Shown here: piece after piece, positions 24,001 to 24,112 of the stretch | Layout: each line of letters opens with the position of its first letter | Position numbering within the stretch: the first letter of the stretch is position 1 | Source: a virus | DNA length: 24,112 nucleotides | IMG/VR virus record: IMGVR_UViG_3300025602_000313 | Strand: one strand, 5' to 3' | Made by a program: the position numbers and the translations under genes | Notes under the pieces: generated by a model | Told to the model about the DNA's origin: nothing | Database searches by the model: none | What the model saw: only the letters and a program-made list of their open reading frames with translations

Positions 24001-24112
24001 AGCAGGAATTGCTTTATTTAGTTCATCCTATTCTGACGTAAGCGACATAACAGGAACTGTGGTATCAAACGGATTATATCTATACGACTCGATTAATGTA
24101 ACTTTGAATTCT
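2..24112 (+). CDS. Giant (>8,037 aa, partial at both ends) modular cell-surface glycoprotein/adhesin-like protein, probably archaeal (DPANN-like)
   Basis: Manual translation of frame +2 is open from FDDSDGICCNGELAG (nt 2) to VSNGLYLYDSINVTLNS (nt 24112), with no TAA/TAG/TGA. It contains coherent repeated extracellular modules. The 0.97 refers to the ORF; the function and taxon calls are inference from composition and domain types. Confidence 0.97.
65..250 (+). repeat. Two Cys/Asp-rich Ca-binding-like motifs (E-x-x-C-x-D-x-x-D-N-D-x-D-x-x-x-D-C-x-D-x-D-C)
   Basis: EDNCQDNIDNDFDSLTDCLDEDC (65-133) and EDLCYDNFDNDGDSLVDCDDSDC (182-250). The DxDxD core resembles Dx[DN]xDG/thrombospondin-type-3-like Ca sites. 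Confidence 0.8.
362..3109 (+). repeat. DOMON-like 'CGG' beta-sandwich modules, copies 1-4 (362-847, 1505-2008, 2054-2560, 2618-3109)
   Basis: Shared pattern G.D...(D/N)(I/L)T..Y..D(N/D)G..FF.R....D.S.L..CGG ... G.(D/E)(Y/F).I ... WNGS(D/E) ... C...I(D/E)..F ... (I/L)DDWP. It resembles DOMON/glucodextranase-C-terminal-like sugar-binding domains. The family call is by eye. Confidence 0.65.
875..1447 (+). other. ConA/LamG-like jelly-roll domain, copy 1
   Basis: Starts FFDDFTG and ends NATFDDLYFNY. Contains C-S-I and LTMYFDNSTGMTYCSFD. Homologous to 8228-8779 and 16100-16690. Confidence 0.6.
3137..5131 (+). repeat. Carboxypeptidase-regulatory-like + Ig (MG2/CARDB-like) tandem modules, copies 1-3 (3137-3775, 3794-4462, 4481-5131)
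   Basis: Each begins (T/N)LSGY(V/L/I)KY.NGT.I...V.L/I...T(D/N).SG(Y/F)(Y/F)...L..G.Y, typical of CarboxypepD_reg/Cna-B-like domains. A second domain follows: ..Y.L.D.V..N(V/I)T..N.G ... KQ.NS...S(T/S)G(Q/E). Confidence 0.75.
5144..6808 (+). other. Beta-helix 1 with inserted DOMON-like domain (about 5240-5839) and C-terminal cap ending VTHFSNY
   Basis: N-cap CGYSGGDWNITTPINCSDEEIYVDGDITI, then the insert (YIIDLDQDASTG...GRGYDLWLG), then resumed rungs GGQLSLENITLEIEGN, then the cap YNNSFGEVSW...CESGASCFDC...VNVTHFSNY. Confidence 0.7.
6842..8191 (+). repeat. Carboxypeptidase-regulatory-like + Ig modules, copies 4-5 (6842-7501, 7514-8191)
   Basis: YTLSGYVKYLNGTPV...TDASGYYEIHNVPAGGY and NTLSGYARYLNGTPI...TNATGYYEVTNL. 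Same two-domain layout as copies 1-3. Confidence 0.75.
8228..8779 (+). other. ConA/LamG-like domain, copy 2
   Basis: FFDDFTGPTINDRYS...LTAHFDNETGYTHCSF...TNGTSLDTENRFS...YDTLNFSY. Aligns clearly with copy 1. Confidence 0.6.
8813..9484 (+). repeat. Carboxypeptidase-regulatory-like + Ig module, copy 6
   Basis: TYTLSGYLTFINGTPI...TNASGYYEITGLSEGNY...TDKETYSLNDTVYINVTINNSG (MG2-like TDK..Y motif). Confidence 0.75.
9551..10048 (+). repeat. DOMON-like 'CGG' module, copy 5
   Basis: SDILEFYATDNGSMFFARFNVTDLSNLAICGGSYP...YNGTDY...SCESDTIDLG. Confidence 0.65.
10079..10246 (+). other. MopE-related putative metal-binding motif (Cu-binding_MopE-like)
   Basis: CTDFDGDGFNSSGLVGCGLQDCNDYNVSIYPGTEENCTDGVDNNCNWLVD matches the D.DGDG...DC.D....I.PG..E.C.DG.DNNC consensus. 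Confidence 0.8.
10382..10921 (+). repeat. DOMON-like 'CGG' module, copy 6 (divergent, with a Cys-rich insertion)
   Basis: GDPAFDVAAVWVDQD...AKFCGGTNEVRLYVEFNADDNMSTG...GSDYQFKV. Has extra YCNH...SCY...ECYC. Confidence 0.55.
10982..11611 (+). repeat. Cys-rich core (24 Cys in 210 aa) with C-x-x-C-x5-C...C-x-W...C repeats and a third DNDGDG motif
   Basis: CDEACFACSTENDCTNSEEGICEWDT...IC; CDNDCYGCFTENSCSN...GCTWFV...FC; GCTTQSACEDNGWYWD...IC; EICYDTIDNDGDGQTDCRDTDC (11528-11593). Confidence 0.75.
11717..12238 (+). repeat. DOMON-like module, copy 7 (divergent)
   Basis: IGTDSVGE...ADITAISIKDG..AIFFG...MC...FLDIDDNETSGC...GYEFTL...KC...W...MC...EVVLLV. Confidence 0.55.
12332..12397 (+). repeat. 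Degenerate Cys/Asp Ca-binding-like motif
   Basis: EDCPEPGDYDLDGLEGCDDPDC. Confidence 0.6.
12440..12769 (+). other. Fibronectin type III-like domain (purple-acid-phosphatase N-terminal-like)
   Basis: ASIVWSTNEPTNS...LSTSTTYYYKLQDIDRADNVAQSKCLNFTT fits the I.W.T.EP...L...TTYYY....D...N.......FTT pattern. Confidence 0.75.
12782..13270 (+). other. Beta-sandwich domain ending NLGFSTY (stand-alone relative of the helix cap domain)
   Basis: Ends C...C...WRVNVNLGFSTY, similar to the x-F-S-x-Y termini of the cap domains. No beta-helix precedes it. Confidence 0.45.
13292..13681 (+). other. CARDB-like Ig domain
   Basis: VDEGQDIEVQLNITNTDS...VPLEPGQSYIINWTFNT. Confidence 0.55.
13691..15406 (+). other. 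Beta-helix 2 with inserted DOMON-like domain (about 13799-14416) and cap ending VTHFSNY; paralog of 5144-6808
   Basis: CGGAYSGSGDWTILNATTCSNENITVTGGLTI, then the insert (YFIDVDSSSNSG...RGYDLFIG...GWFQNA), then GALTLNNVTLELSGN, then the cap AEVCESGASCFTC...VNVTHFSNY. Confidence 0.7.
15428..16063 (+). repeat. Carboxypeptidase-regulatory-like + Ig module, copy 7
   Basis: TYNMTGWVLAPNGSG...TNGSGFFEFQNISSGLYEV...TNSSTYNEDSNATVNVSVTNLG. Confidence 0.7.
16100..16690 (+). other. ConA/LamG-like domain, copy 3
   Basis: FFDDFASG...LTLTYNASSGIFNCSLDG...NVTFDDLNYTI. Confidence 0.6.
16700..18961 (+). repeat. Direct tandem duplication of beta-helix + cap modules 3 and 4 (16700-17830, 17831-18961; offset 1131, then 1134 after a one-codon indel)
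   Basis: Both start EDP.AS.CGN.SS..TLTENLFSNATCLTVAADDITIDCAGY and end LIANVSSFSNYTT. DNA similarity is obvious throughout, and 17435-17698 vs 18569-18832 differ at only 4 of 264 nt. Confidence 0.95.
18980..22219 (+). repeat. Beta-helix + cap modules 5 and 6 (18980-20668, 20687-22219), older duplication
   Basis: Both start CV.L...STY...VVN.S...Y.ND..TLC..TY...I.I....IT.DCNGATL.GD, carry NosD-like rungs, and end CANNISTFSVDSFSGY. The caps are 1551 bp apart. Confidence 0.85.
22235..22531 (+). other. Ig-like domain (P.VNL.SP.N...FTCN..D...G.Y.WNC...D..GN type)
   Basis: DPEVNLVSPANET...FTCNIIDN...NLSLYLW...EGNYTWNCLGSDAAGN. From recall, this Ig-like pattern is common in archaeal surface proteins. 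Confidence 0.7.
22550..24112 (+). other. Beta-helix 7 (NosD/PbH1-like), truncated by the window edge
   Basis: IDNCTTL...TCFTITSNNVTIDCDGYTI followed by many ~23-aa rungs (GIY..N..N.F.GNN.TT.G..SYG), and a GLPLLYN...GQITC..C.N motif typical of archaeal NosD-like proteins. Confidence 0.85.

Noticed and set aside
16700-24112. Pectate lyase/glycosidase activity of the beta-helices
   Set aside because: The fold is compatible, but I cannot identify conserved catalytic motifs by eye. It is left unassigned pending structure-based active-site comparison.
2-24112. Recoded stop codons, programmed frameshift or intein needed to explain the ORF length
   Set aside because: Frame +2 contains no stop codon under the standard/11 code and Trp is TGG. 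I saw no intein Hint or LAGLIDADG motifs.
1-24112. tRNA, rRNA, terminators, promoters, IS elements
   Set aside because: The whole window is coding in one frame with no intergenic space, and I saw no transposase or terminal inverted repeats.

Overview
The whole 24,112-nt window is one uninterrupted reading frame on the + strand (frame +2, nt 2..24112, 8,037 codons). I translated it by hand and found no stop codon, no N-terminal signal peptide and no membrane anchor, so the gene is open at both ends. The supplied ORF track misses it; its short ORFs are off-frame or antisense shadows. The product is a giant, acidic, Lys/Arg-poor, Cys-containing modular extracellular protein rich in N-x-S/T sequons, most like the giant surface proteins/adhesins of archaea (DPANN-like, by inference). 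Modules in the window: 7 DOMON-like 'CGG' domains, 3 ConA/LamG-like domains, 7 carboxypeptidase-regulatory-like + Ig pairs, 7 right-handed beta-helices (NosD/PbH1-like), Cys/Asp Ca-binding-like motifs, a Cys-rich core, and FN3-like and Ig-like domains. Most notable observations: (1) Six beta-helices end in a cap domain whose last strand reads x-F-S-x-Y. Two read VTHF|SNY, matching the HF|S autoproteolysis motif of ZU5/Nup98/GAIN-type domains, which suggests programmed self-cleavage. (2) Two beta-helices carry a whole inserted DOMON-like domain. (3) A 1.13-kb tandem duplication contains a 264-bp near-identical patch beside divergent, Met-rich loops. No RNA genes, CRISPR arrays or mobile elements are supported.
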